From NCBI RefSeq assembly GCF_963676685.1, contig NC_092347.1:744001-808000 (forward strand): a DNA stretch of 64,000 bases, in the 5' to 3' direction. The number at the start of each line of letters is the position of its first letter. The stretch's first letter is position 1. Source of the stretch: Mytilus edulis. Lineage: Eukaryota. Position numbers and translations under genes: made by a program. Shown in pieces: positions 36,501-51,500 of this stretch. The notes beneath the pieces were generated by a model. The model did no database searches. It saw nothing but the letters and a program-made list of their open reading frames with translations, and was not told the DNA's origin.

Positions 36501-39500
36501 TGAAATAAAGTGTCAGATTTTAATGTAGAACTTTTGTAAAAAAATCACTTCTTCAAAAACGGCCAAACAAAATTGTATGCTCAACTACATAATCATGGCA
36601 AACAATCCTACAAAGTATAAAAACTGTTTGTCAAGTTTTGTCAGATAAGTTTGCTTTACAAAGTGTGATACAAAAGTAATAAAAACCTCAATAATTCACA
36701 TTTATACTTCTCTATATTGGTCAAATTAATATCAAGATAGAAAATAATCAATTTCTTAAGGTGGCAAAGAATAAAGGAAACAGTATAACATCTCTGTTCA
36801 AAAGTCGTAACACGATTGAGAGGAAACAAATCTGAGTTACAAACTAAATCCGTGGGAAACACATCAACTTTAAGAGTCCTGCAACGCTTTTAATGTATAA
36901 TCAACTAGATAAGATTGCAATTACAAGGTTTCATTTTTGTACTGTACCAAGTCAGGAATATAACGGTTGTTATTCATTCGTGTGATGTGTTTGAGCTTTT
37001 GATATTTTATTTTTATTATGGACGTTCTGTTTTGAATTTTTCTTGGAGTTCAGTATTTCTTTGATTTTACTTGTTTGTACTCTTTTTAAACAAATGAAAA
37101 ATATGTCAACGGGACACAGATGCCACTGCTTGTAAATATATGACAAATTCTGCTATTTTTTCAATTCACAAAAAGACATAACTCAAAAAAGAAAACGCCA
37201 TCAAAGTTCACACTATATTTGAATTGGTAATAATAAACATTGTGTATAATTTTCATAATTATTTTATTCTAAGCAATTTTACTTAGTGGGCCGACACTTA
37301 TTTTTAGACTTGCGGACATACAAACAGACGCATGTACGTGCAGAAAGGGGTAAAACGTAATGCCCACAATGGACAAAAAGAATGCCAGAATAAGGAACAG
37401 AATTAAATAGTCTCTGAATCTACTTTAGCCGTTTGACACGCAGGTAAAATTCTTTTATTTCCTCTGTAACACCACTTTCAATACTGATAGGTCTGGGTTG
37501 CTATCAGAGCAGTTATTACCTTCCTATATTCATATATTTATTATATATAACTAGAGTTAATGTACATTTTACTTACAGAAAATACTTGATGTAATGGATA
37601 TCTTATAGTATGACAACCACGTTTTCTTGTCCACACTGGAATTGGCAGAAGATATTTTCCCAGGTACAAAGATAAAATAATAGAAATTGCTGCAGTCCTG
37701 AAAAATCAACAACTTAAATTATAACTGATTAAATTATAACGTGATGTCACCAAATACATAGGTCCATTGGTTAAGGAAATAAAAAAAGACTGGAATGGGT
37801 ATAACAAAGATAAGTTAATTATAACGTGATGTCATCAAATACATAGGTCCATGGGTTAAGGAAATAAAAAAGACTGGAATGGGTATAACAAAGATAAGTT
37901 AATTATAACATGATGTCATCAAATACATAGGTCCAGGGGTTAAGGAAATAAAAAAGACTGGAATGGGTATAACAAAGATAAGATCATTTACCTGCAAGAT
38001 AGGATGATTATTAAGCATCTTTCCAACAACAAATGCAAGAGTATGCAGGAATTAGAAAAAGAGAAAATAAAATGCATTCAAAACAAATCAGCTTAACTAT
38101 CAAAAAATTTAAATTCATCTGGGAAAACCTCTCCAGTAATTTGAATAGTCTATTTGAATATTGTCCACAATGGACAAGAAGATCTCCAATACTTGATCTA
38201 TATTGACTTAATCGACTTATTATATGAGTTATTATTATTATCACTACCATTCCTTGAATAGCTTCCGTAAGCCTATGGTCAAGACTTACATACTTAAGAG
38301 ACAGTACCAAACAAAACAAGCAAGAACATCTAAGTTAAATTAAGATAAGAGATATGAATGCACTATATGTAAAATGTGTCATTGTCTGGTACTAAGTGGA
38401 TAATTGACAGCTTTTTAGCATATATTTCTTTAATTCAACATTGCGAAACTAATTTGAAATTCAGACTGATGGGCAGGCGAAAATAAAGCCATTGATTCTT
38501 TAAGCAAACTTATTCTTTAATGGTATCTGTTTCTCTTTTATTGTTCAGGAGTTATGGTCCTTGGTGGATTGGGAAATAATACTTTAGATAATTTCCATGC
38601 AATTACCTATGTTAAACGCCACATTATAAAGGTACCTGTCCTAAGTTTTTTCTTGTAAAATTTTCATGTGGGACTATCAAGATTATCGTAGACAAAGTGG
38701 TTACTTACATAAGACCTATACCCCAATGATATGATATAAATTTGACAGCCGTCCTTGTCATGTACAGTCCTATCAGTAATATAGTTGGCACAATGGTTAC
38801 GGGTCCTATGAATCTCAACAATACTCCAACTAATCCTGTTGCTCCAATCAGGAAATGTAAGAAACCTGCTAACATTAAGCTGCCTTCTAACTGAAATATA
38901 ATCGAAACATTCACTGATTAAAAATCTAAAGGACAGTGTGGAGTACTTTTATGATGGTTGGTTTTTCAGAATCATAATATTTCTGGTTAAGATACCAAAC
39001 GTATTATTTGGAACAGCCACGGCTTTGTATTCCGCTAAAACATGATTGTAATGAAGAACAAAAGCGACTTTCAGAGAATAGGGGCAAGCAATAGGAGATT
39101 CGTATAGACTTGTTTATCCTTCCAACCCCACAATTGTTCAAATATTTTTTTATACTTGTGAATATTTTAGTGTGCTCAGGCATCTTATTGAAAAGAAGTT
39201 AATAAGAAGTCAACATTATTTACAGATTATTTTTTTTTAATTACAGAGGTGACTTATCAGACATCGAGCTAAATTATGTGGTATTCTTAAAAAGGTAAAT
39301 GCAAAAGTCGTTATTGTTGTTGACGGTCAGCTTGGAGGATCTTCAATCACATAAATAAAGTGACCAGAACTAGAGGAACATTGTTAAAATACTTCTTCCT
39401 TTGAGAGAAATTGCAAGAACAAATCATTTCAGGAAAAAGTAAAATCACAAAAATACTGAACTCAGAGGAAAATCAATTCGGAAAGTCTATAATCACATGG

Positions 39501-42500
39501 CAAAATCAAATAACAAAACGCATCAAAAACGAATAGACAAGAACTGTCATATTCCTGACTAAAACAGTGTAGACACTAGATCAGTAATTGCTGTAGATAC
39601 ATTAATGAGAACTGCTACAAAACGAAGTCGTAGTAAAATAAGGACTGGCAGGAACGTTCACTGATATTTCATAGAGAAGTTTTAGTGTTCACTGAAAATT
39701 AACGGGAATATCGCTAACAACCATTTTTATGCATGCATATGAGGGATTAATTAGTACCAGATTGTACAGAAAGCACATTGTTAAAACATATAGCTTTATT
39801 ATTCAAGTTATGAATATCGGTGAAAATTTTAAGGTAGCGACTGATAATGTTGAAATGTGTGTCACATTGACGAGAAAATATAAAGACTTCACGGCATAGT
39901 TGGGTCAGGATCCCTAATAGACCTTGAGGTGAGGAACTCAGATGACGTAATTAAAAAAAAATATTAGTCCGCCATACAATTGTGGATGCTGTGATTTTAA
40001 AAATGGTTATAAATGAACAATAAGAACTGTTTTATAGAGCTGATGTGATGAGAAAAGAAAGATGTAGATTTGACCTGAAATAAATTATTAGAAAGGACAA
40101 TTTTTTTATTGAATTTTATGATCAGAATTTTGGGATTATTTCATGAGGAGAGTGACATTTTTCACCATCTTCCGGGGTCCAGCAATTTGCGAAAAAAGTA
40201 ATCTCACTTGCCACCCCGAAAATTTAACCAGACATGTATAAATGTATCAGCTTCGATATGAGCCATCATACATGTTCAAGTAAACGATATGGACTGAGCA
40301 ACGGAGGAAAACGTTACCATTACGGTCTATGGAGAATTAATTGTAAATGTATACCCAAATTAGAAGCTTAATTCCAGAAGTTTTCAGGCTGATTTATGGA
40401 TGATTTCACCTTGTACACCACCGAAAATGATGGTTAGTAGTTTTTTATTTATACCTAGTTATCATAAATGGTTTAAGATAAATATTATTGATAAAGATCA
40501 GCAAAAACTCAATGAAATTTTCGCTTTTAAAATGCATTACTGGCACGGGGCTGAAAACTTTTTTTAGGCACAATCATAACTTTGTTTACTTCTGAGATAT
40601 CCGAAAGGAATTTGTTTACTATATTGAAAAAGGCAAGAAATAACTTTTAAATATTATTAAATTGTAAGTAAACATGACACAATATAGTCTTTGTTATGTA
40701 ATTATCACTTCGGTCTACAGGAATACCTGATAATCATGGGAGATAACACACTTCATACGAGTAAAGTGAGATCCATCATCGCATGTGCTTTTATCCAATG
40801 ATTTGACCCCTGGTCAGTAGATATCATATGCAAAAAAAACAGAAAACACATGTACATGTTTTAAGAAAATCATGAATTATTATTTTTAATGCACTTGAGC
40901 AAAACAAAAGATATTGTCATTTCTCAGTGAAAAAGGGGGAGGGTCAAACCTTTTTGAAAACAATATTTCTGCACCGATTCAACTATTAAGCTAGTTAGCT
41001 ACTACCCATTGCTTCTAATATAAAAGGTTTAAATGAAGGTTACTAAGCCACAAGGGAGAAGCATTTGTCTTTCTTTGTAATTAAACTTTCAAGAAATAGA
41101 TTTTTCTCTCTCAATAATACTTATGTATTTAAATTAAATGATAACACAGCCTGAGTAATTTTTTTTGTGTCTTATTTCAGTTCCAGACATATCATTACTT
41201 TTTAACCTGAGATGGCAAACTAGAGGTTTTAAAAAGTCCTGAATAACTGGTAAGCATTTTGTTTTGTTAGGCAAGCTCTAAATTGTTTATTTATGGTATT
41301 TATGCAATTGAAATTACAGTCGGTATGTTAAAAATATGCAAATATGAAAACTGTTGCTATGGTCTTGATATTGAATGGAAAGGCTTAGTTACAGATCGTT
41401 TCGACTCAATATTTCGAGTTAAATCTTGCGGCAACTGTTTCTCACGTAACACTGCAAACTATATTTTGCACTATTTTGATCTGTCGTTATTCAATGACGC
41501 CATAATACATGTGATGTCACAATGTTTCCTTTAAAACCTCATGTGGATTTCTCACTGATAAAAGGTTTTCACTGAAGTACATGTTAAAAACATTTTTTCT
41601 CAAATAGAATTATGTGAAAGGACAAGTTTTGAAAATTTGCACTATATTGCACTCTAATTATATGATAAGGATGACTTTCCCAGTAGTTTAGAGTGCTTTC
41701 CACAGTTTTAAATACCAGATTTCCACTAGTAAGAATAATTATTTTGGTGTTGGTTTTTTTATAAAATCTTCATTTTTGCATAATTTCTCTGCCAAAATGC
41801 ACTTTAAGACACAAGAAAATTTTATAGAATGCTTTAACAGGGTCTGTGTATTGTAATTAAAGGTTATAATCAGAAGTTTTGTCCTTGTTTTGACTAGTGA
41901 ATGTATTCTGGAAGAAATTAATTATACATACACATTGTATTCAAAATAAATGAATATAGCGACGAAAGTGTCATTGCCTTATAGTGCTAAAACAACTTTA
42001 TTTTTTTTCAGAAATGGACAGAAATACACAGATTTATTCAGAATGTTATACCGATGAAGATCACATAAAAATATTTGGAAAAATCAGAAGTATTGATTTC
42101 AATATGGGTCAGGATCCCTAATAGACCTTGAGGTGAGGAACTCAGATGACGTAATTAAAAAAAAATATTAGTCCGCCATACAATTGTGGATGCTGTGATT
42201 TTAAAAATGGTTATAAATGAACAATAAGAACTGTTTTATAGAGCTGATGTGATGAGAAAAGAAAGATGTAGATTTGACCTGAAATAAATTATTAGAAAGG
42301 ACAATTTTTTTATTGAATTTTATGATCAGAATTTTGGGATTATTTCATGAGGAGAGTGACATTTTTCACCATCTTCCGGGGTCCAGCAATTTGCGAAAAA
42401 AGTGATCTCACCTCCCACCCCGAAAATTTAACCAGACATGTATAAATGTATCAGCTTCGATATGAGCCATCATACATGTTCAAGTAAACGATATGGACTG

Positions 42501-45500
42501 AGCAACGGAGGAAAACGTTACCATTACGGTCTATGGAGAATTAATTGTAAATGTATACCCAGTTATCTCACTATAAGGACAATATGTTAATTGATGAACA
42601 AACTATTATTAACATATTTAAAGATGAGATTGATCAATTTTATCAGGTGTTTAAACAATACGAATAGTTATTTGCAAATCCTAACGAAAAGACTGGACAA
42701 ACAATATTGTGAGGCATTCTATAACATTGCATGATGAAACACCTATTAAAGTAGAGAATCACTGATCAGCAGGCATGTTTTGGAATGAGAAATAAAAATT
42801 TTAAAGAAAAAAATGTATCATTGTCTTAGTAAATAAAAAGTCATATCATGGCGGCTAAGTGTTGATTACTGGAAAATGAATGAACAGACTATCTAAGATG
42901 CATAGCCGATCCCGTTGATTAAAGAAAACTTGAATGCTTTGTGTGGATCACGTCAATTCTCTTAACTGGACTTGGATATGCTTGAAATTGTCATATACTC
43001 AGCCTAAAGCCACAGAAAGCTAAATCACCAAACAGCAATGTCACTCGAATTATGTCATGAGGCATCACATTTCAGAAAATAATTGAAGAAGTAGTTAGCG
43101 GACGTCACTTGCATTTAGCAGTGTTATAGCTGAACAATACTTTTTTATTGTAAATCGTGTGATGGCCATCTTGTATGCGTTTAAGAAGAAACTTTAATTG
43201 TCATCGCAATCAGTTACATTTTAAATACTAATGTCATGAGCTGTACGAGGGAATTGATGCATTTCATTACAGTCCTCATGACTGTTACGATACCGCCTGG
43301 TGTCTATTGAGAGAACCGTACATTTTGTCCACTTTTCGGAACCACAATGGCACTGACCATGCAGGACCTCCACGGTAAGTCAAAGTCATTAAAACCACCC
43401 TCGTCGTTGAGATAAATGTATGTTAAGTTTAGTTTGTGTCAATAAGGAGATGTATTTAATTTCAAACTTAATTACATAATCAAAACACAAGCATGGAACA
43501 TGTGGAATAGCCACTAGCCAAACTCTATATTACAATGGTCTTTGTTTTATTGTATGAATATAACGTAACATCATTTAATGAATTTACTATTGTTTTGAAT
43601 TGTTTTAAAATATTCCAACGTTTATGTGTAGGTTTTTTTAAAGAATTATCTTTAATATAATACGTTCCGAAACATGGAATTCATGCTTCATGTTGATGAT
43701 TCTTAAAAAATAAGAATATTTTTTGGGGTGTATGCTAGATTTTAGTCATATACTTCATAATTCAAGAAAACAATAGATTCTGACATGAGATGAACTTCCT
43801 TTATATTAAGAAGCTGACTATAACCTTATACTAATGAAAATTCACTTAAAGTTTATATATTTTCTCTACGTATTCCTCTAAATTGCAATCTTAAACTATA
43901 ATAATGTGTATCACACTAAAATAATAGCCAGCAGATATATGCAGCATACAAAGGTACAATTAAATAATTAAATATTTGTGTTTAATAATTTGCATATTAA
44001 GTTGCTTTTTTCTACGGCTTGGGAATGAAATTATTAAAAGTCGATTATTTATTACAGGGTCAATTGCGGAAATTGAAAATTGATATCCAACGAAAATAAT
44101 GAATCCATTGATTTTTCTCCACAAATCCACGAACAAAATTGTACCCCACAGCCATATATCTTTTCTATATTTCTTTTTCTTTTTAAATTTGACTAGGAGT
44201 TCAGTATACAATGAGTACTTACCTTTTGAACTTGTCCATATAAAATATCATCTGCACTTGTTGTTCTATTAACTAATATTGATATGTTTAACGTTGAATT
44301 GTAAAAAGAGCTTTCTGCAATGAAATAAGAAGTTCTGTTTAATGTTCACACAATTCTTAACTTCAAATTAGTCCTAGTAGTGAATTGAGGTAATTCAATG
44401 TAAAGCATTGTTAAAGTAAATCATTCACCCACCTAATCACACAAACTAATACATTGTTGACGCCGACGTAGCCGTTGACGCCGGAAACAGCATACCTATG
44501 TGTCGCTTTATGCCTCCGTCAAGCGAGACAAAAAAGGATATTTTATTTTAAGTCAGCATATATACATAGTAACAGCTAGAAATGTCATCAAAGTGAGAGG
44601 GTTAGCGATGTAAAACCAGGTTTAATCCATCATTTTCTACATTTGAAAATGCCTATATCAAGTCAGGAATATGAAAGTTCTTGTCCATTCGTTTTTGATG
44701 TGTTTTGTCTTTCAATTTTGCCTTGTGATTATGGACTTTCCGATTAGATTTACCTCTGAGTTCAGTATTTTTGTGATTTTACTTTTTTTTCTAGAACATG
44801 AGATCTTTAAAAGGCTGTGTGCCACTTTTTTATATTGTGCCTCTCATTTCATAATTCGTAAAGCCAAAAAATCCCTATTGTGTCTATTGGCTTTGTTCAC
44901 ACAACGTAGTCGATATAATGGAAATGTATACGACTGTCATACAAGTAAAATGTTTGGCTAGCTAGGTTTAATCTACCATTATCTTCATACGAAAATACCT
45001 GTACCAATTCATGAACCATTTGATTCGGGACTTTCGTTTTGAATTTTTCTTGGTATTTTTGTGATTTTACTTCCCACAATACTAAAAAGGGAATGAAGAC
45101 AAAACGTAAACAATGTACATGCACTGACAACAAATATGTACAGCATGTTAATATGTGTAAAAGAGGAGATACAACTTCATTGGTCACATAACTTCTGATT
45201 GTTCTTCCATTGTTACATTACCGACTTTCAAATGTTAAGGTTTAGGAAAGTAAATTTAGAAAAGGACTTCATACACACAACATTTGTCTATTTGTCATTT
45301 ATCAAGTGATTGTGTTATAATGTGATTCAGTATCTACTGGCAATATGTATGGATGTAATGTGAAGTTGTAATCATTAGCATTGCAGGAAGGACATACTCC
45401 TATTAGAGTTCTTTAAAACTGCCATTGTAGAAATACAATTAAAATGGGTCGATGGGATTCGGCTTGACAAATGTTTTTCTAAAGACCTTGATATGCTACT

Positions 45501-48500
45501 AAACTGGAGATTCAGACACACAGACATCCAGACTTGGTGTACATACTTGCAGAAATTGATTATTATGGAACATCTTAATGTACAAAGTAATTTTTAAAAA
45601 AAACTTCACAATGCCAATTGAATATTGAGATAGAATTCGTTATGTGTTACTGGCACGGTAAACATACCCGTTATTATTTGTGGGTCGCATCGTTCAGGAT
45701 CAAGTGTCTGAAGTGCAAGTAACGGCACTGTGTACTCAAAAGCTGCACCTTGGAATAATGGTAACCTGTTAAGGGAAGAAGAAACATATTATTAACAGAT
45801 ACATTGCAGATTGAAAAATTGCTTATATACGACCGCAGAAGTCCAACACTGAACAGTTGGGGCAAAAATGAACACAATATTCGCGCTTGATACAGGTCTA
45901 GATCTGAATTTGGATTGTAATTAGATATTTGACACATAATAGGTTTCTGATACAGAATAACTGTAGTCAAGGAACTTAGAATTGGTTATATGATTGAATT
46001 TATATTCAATTGTTTTGCTTTTGTGCATTACACTTTGCTGTTTCGAATAGATCCCCCCTTTTTTGCAATAAGAATAATATTTGAAGAAATTGTCTTTTTA
46101 ATTTCTGTAATGTTGAGAAGAAAAACATTGCCCCCCCCCCTTTTCCACACAAAAAAAATTCTTTCCCTCAAGACAAGGTCATAATCTCAGTTTAATTTTC
46201 CAATGGAGTGTGAAACCATAACTACCCATTCAAATACAGGCATTTTCTAAAGTAGAAAATTGGCTATAAAAAAAGAATCAAAACAATAGGATAATTTAAT
46301 ATATATCTTCATCAAATTTTCTCAATATTGGGGCAGTCAAATTTGGCAGATATTTAGGGCCAAATTCATACTTTTGACCGAACTAACTCCTTTATTTGAG
46401 AGTTTAACATCGTTGATTAACACCAAGTAAACTCTTAGACTGACCTTAAGCCTTGTCAACTATGTTTAACCATACTTCAGTATTCTCATTTTAGAAAGAC
46501 TCAATCATATGTTCTAAGTAGATATAAATACTAAATTACATTTAATTTATATTTTCTTAAACCTTATTTTTTCCAACATTTTTTCTTTCTTGTCAAATGA
46601 ACAAACATTTTAAAGTAAACAAAAGGCTAATATATGAATGCTTACAACATAATGAACAAATATGTAATTTCATACTATATTTGTAAAAATATAAATTCAT
46701 TCAAATGTATTCAGCCTTTTAAACAATTTTTCAAATGGATGGATTTCAATATCAATAAAACATCCCAAATTTACAATTTTCGGTGACTAAATTGTTAATA
46801 TTTTTGATAAAAATCCATTAAAATATTTGTAAAATAACCAACAGACAAATAAAAATTCAAGGTATTCATAATACAAATGCACAATTAACCTACAGTATGA
46901 AATGTAGGGTGTTTAATTTAGATGTCTTTTGTGACACGTAATCAGAATTTACATCATTTGTAAATGTTTTGCTAGTAAAAGAGATATTGGTCTTTTTTAC
47001 TTGTCAAGACGGGGATACTTAATGCTTATATAATGTGTATAATAAAACCTCTAGTCTCACAACATAATGATATTTATGTGTTCTTTTCTTTCATCAATCA
47101 GTTCACAAATATGAAACTACTCTGTTTCATATAACTCAGTAAAAACACAACTTTCATTGATATAATCATATAACATTATTGTTCAATACACAGTAAACTA
47201 ACAATGTTAAAACTGTTACTAACTTCGTCCTTTATTTGGCGTTTTGCTTTTACATTTTCTTATTCCAGCGTCACCGACGAGTCTTTTGAAGACAAAACGC
47301 GCGTCTGGTACAAATACAAAATTTCAATTCTGGTACCTATGATAAATTTATCAGATATTTCACAAAAAATGGTAAAATTTACCTATCAATTATAATAACT
47401 ACGAAAGGAGTCAACTTGCGATAGGTTAGCGTTTCAGCCTTGTTCACGTATATAATATTGCCCTGGTCGTCATTTTGCTGTTAAAAAGTATTTCTCTTTC
47501 TACTATAGTTCCCATAAACATCACGAAAAATTATTAATATTGATCTTTTAAGATGTATATCTCCCATTAGGAGTTGACTGACAACTTATAACATTTGACC
47601 TGTTTGTGGAAACTGTTTTCTGCTGAACTTTTAAAAACAATTAACTCAGAATCATGGATACACTTGCAAATGAGTGGATTATAGACCGATGTTAGTGTGT
47701 TGTCTTTTTATATTGGCAATGCGTTCAATTTAAAAAGAGAAAATCCTTAAGAATCGATTGATGATGTCTTTATATATAATTTTATTTTAAAAATGGAATA
47801 GAAATTTATTTCAATTCGGGAAACATGAGCATATTTGTTCTCTCTTTGTTCGGGGTTCAAAAGTCAAAAATCGATTAAGAGAAAACAAATCCAGATTACA
47901 AATTAAAAGAGGGAAACATAACAACTATAAGACAAATGTAAGATGAAACCAACGAAACAACAGACTAATTCATTCCAATATTTACTGTTCAGTTAAGTTT
48001 AAGGTATCATATGACTTTAAAGATAAAACCTGTGAGGAGTTTTCGGACACTTTCCATCATAATGAGTAACTATCACAGTACGTAGCTTTGATACCTTCAC
48101 CTCCTTTGCCTGATTTTATCAGCATCCAGTAATTATATTTATCTTAATATCCTTGCCTGATTGTCTTAATTTTTTATGTGTGATACTTTCTACTCAACTC
48201 AATGGTAGTCTTTCGTCTTTTTTTATTCTTACCTCACTCCAAACAAAATCATCATCAGTGTGGTAATACCATCCATAAATAGAGTGGTACTGAGCAGCCT
48301 CGTTTTAAACATGCCATTTGTTTCTCCACACACAGCTTCCGCTACCATTATAGACAATGCTAGTTGATTTGCCAGAGAGAGGAGTGCTTGCTGAAAGTAA
48401 AATATTAACTTATTCAGGGGTTTGTTAGGATAATAGACAATGCCACTAGGCTTGCCAGATGTATAACTGTGACAATAAAGTAAACTTAGTTAGGGGTTTG

Positions 48501-51500
48501 TTGGAATTCAAGACAATGCCAACTGGTGCAAACTAAAACCGAGGGAAACACATCAACTAAGACGTATATAAGACTAGCGTTTTGTCTTCAAAAGTCTTAT
48601 CAGTAACGCTTGTATAAAGTAGTTAAACATGTCAAATAGTTATCAAAGGATCCAGGGTAATAGTTTAGTACGCCAGACGCGCGTTTCGTATAAATAAGAC
48701 TCACCAGTGACGCTCTTATAAAACTAGAGGCTCTTAAGAGCCTGTGTCGCTCACCTTGGTCTATGTGCATATTAAACAAAGGACACAGATGGATTCATGA
48801 CAAAATTGTGTTTCGGTGATGGTGATGTGTTTGTAGATCTTACTTTACTGAAATTCTTGCTACTTGCAATTTTCTCCATCTACAATGAACTTGACCCTTT
48901 AATTGCAGAGGAAAATATATTGAAAAAATTTACAAAAATTTACCAATTTAAAGAAAATTGTTAAAAATTAACTATAAAGGGCAATAACTCCTTAAGGGGT
49001 CAACTGACCATTTTGGTCATGTTGACTTATTTGTAGATCTTTCTTTGCCGTTTACAGTTAATCTCTATCTATAATAATATTCAAAATAATAACCCAAAAC
49101 AGCAAAATTCCTTACAAATTACCAATTAGGGGCAGCAACCCAACAACCAGTTATCCAATGCATCTAAAAATTTCAGGGCAGATAGATATTGACTTGATAA
49201 ACAATTTAACCCAGTCAGATTTACTCTAAATACTTTGGTTTCAGAGTTAAAAGCCAAAATCTACATTTTACCCCTATGTTCTATTTTTAGCCATGGCGGC
49301 CATCTTGGTTGGTTTCCCGGGTCACCGGACACATTTTTCAAAGTAGATACCCTAGTAATGATTGTGGCCAAGTCTGGTTAAATTTGGTCTAGTAGTTTCA
49401 GAGGAGAATATTTTTGTAAAAGTTAACGACGACAGATGACGGACGACACACGACGACGGACGACGGACCGGACGACAAGTGAGGAGAAAAGCTCACTTGG
49501 CCTTTAAGGCAAGGTGAGTTAAAAAGTAAAAAAGGCAATCAAGTATAAAGTTGAAGAGCATTGGGGACCCAACATTCCAAAAAGTTGTGCCAAATACGAC
49601 TAAGGTAATCTATCACTAGGATAAAGTATTTCGAAAAATTCATATATTTTGCAAACAGTAAATTTATAAAAATGACCATATAATCAATATACATGTCATT
49701 ACCAAAGTGCTTACTACTGTCCTGTACGCGACACCGCACGAAGATGAAGAGCTTTCAGATCCGAAATGTCTTAATGATTGGTAATACATCTAAGTTATTG
49801 GAATTATAGACAATGCTAACGGGTTTGCCAGGGTATGGGATGCGTGCTGAAGGCATATATATATATAACATATTTAGGGGGATCGTAGAATTATAGCAAA
49901 GTCTTCATGTTTTGGTGCATTGAATGATAAGGGCTACTATATTTGGTGCATTGAATGATAAGGGCTACTATATTTGGTGCATTGGATGATAAGGGCTACT
50001 ATATTTGGTGTATTGAATGATAAGGGCTACTATATTTGGTGTATTGAATGATAAGGGCTAATATATTTGGTGTATCAAATGATAAGGGCTACTATATTTG
50101 GTATATTGAATGATTAGGGCTACTATATTTGGTGCATTGAATGATAAGGGCTACTATATTTGGTGCATTGAATGATAAGGGCTACTATATTTGGTGCATT
50201 GAATGATAAGGGCTACTATATTTGATGTATTGAATGATAAGGGGTACTGTATTTGGTGTATTGAATGATTAGGGCTACTATATTTGGTGTATTAAATGAT
50301 AAGGGCTACTATATTTAGTGTATTGAATGATTAGGGCTACTATATTTGGTGTATTAAATGATAAGGGCTACTATATTTGGTGCATTGAATGATAAGGGGT
50401 ACAATATTTGGTGCATTGAATGATAAGGGCTACTATATTTGGTGTATTGAATGATAAGGGCTAATATATTTGGTGTATCAAATGATAAGGGCTACTATAT
50501 TTGGTATATTGAATGATTAGGGCTACTATATTTGGTGCATTGAATGATAAGGGCTACTATATTTGGTGCATTGAATGATAAGGACTACTATATTTGGTGC
50601 ATTGAATGATAAGGGCTACTATATTTGATGTATTGAATGATAAGGGGTACTGTATTTGGTGTATTGAATGATTAGGGCTACTATATTTGGTGTATTAAAT
50701 GATAAGGGCTACTATATTTGGTGTATTAAATGATAAGGGCTACTATATTTGGTGTATTGAATGATAAGGGCTGCTATATTTGGTGTAGTGAATGATAAGG
50801 GCTACTAGATTTGGTGTATTGAATGATAATGGGTACTATATTTGGTGTATTGAATGATAAGGGGTACTATATTTGGTGTATTGAATGATAAGGGCTACTA
50901 TATTTGGTGTATTGAATGATAAGGGCTACTATATTTGGTGTATTGAATGATAAGGGCTACTATATTTGGTGTATTGAATGATTAGGGCTACTATATTTGG
51001 TGCATTGAATGATAAGGGCTACTATATTTGGTGTATTGAATGATAAGGGGTACTATATTTGGTGTATTGAATGATAAGGGCTACTAGATTTGGTGTATTG
51101 AATGATAAGGGCTACTATATTTGGTGTATTAAATGATAAGGGCTACTAGATTTGGTGTATTGAATGATAAGGGCTACTATATTGGGTGTATTGAATGATA
51201 AGGGCTACTATATTTGGTGTATTGAATGATAAGGGCTACTATATTGGGTGTATTGAATGGTTACGGCTACTATATTTGGTGTATTGAATGATAAGGGGTA
51301 CTATATTTGGTGCATTGAATGATAAGGGCTACTATATTTGGTATATTGAATGATGTTATTGTGAGTTTTGTTTGGCATGTTTCATCCCAATGTGACTTTA
51401 AACTTGTTGGGTTCACTGTTTTGTTTTTGTTGTTTTGTCTCTTTCTTGTATATTACATTTGGTGTATTAAATGAGGTAGGAATACATCCTTGACTTTTTT

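Noticed and set aside
39901-42561. LTR retrotransposon or TRIM reading (TG...CA ends)
   Set aside because: With TG/CA boundaries there is no TSD, whereas shifting one base inward gives AGTT/AGTT. No PBS or PPT seen.
47267-47310. Plus-strand hammerhead-like motif
   Set aside because: The core is mutated (CCGACGA, and AAAA for GAAA), so it is not called functional.
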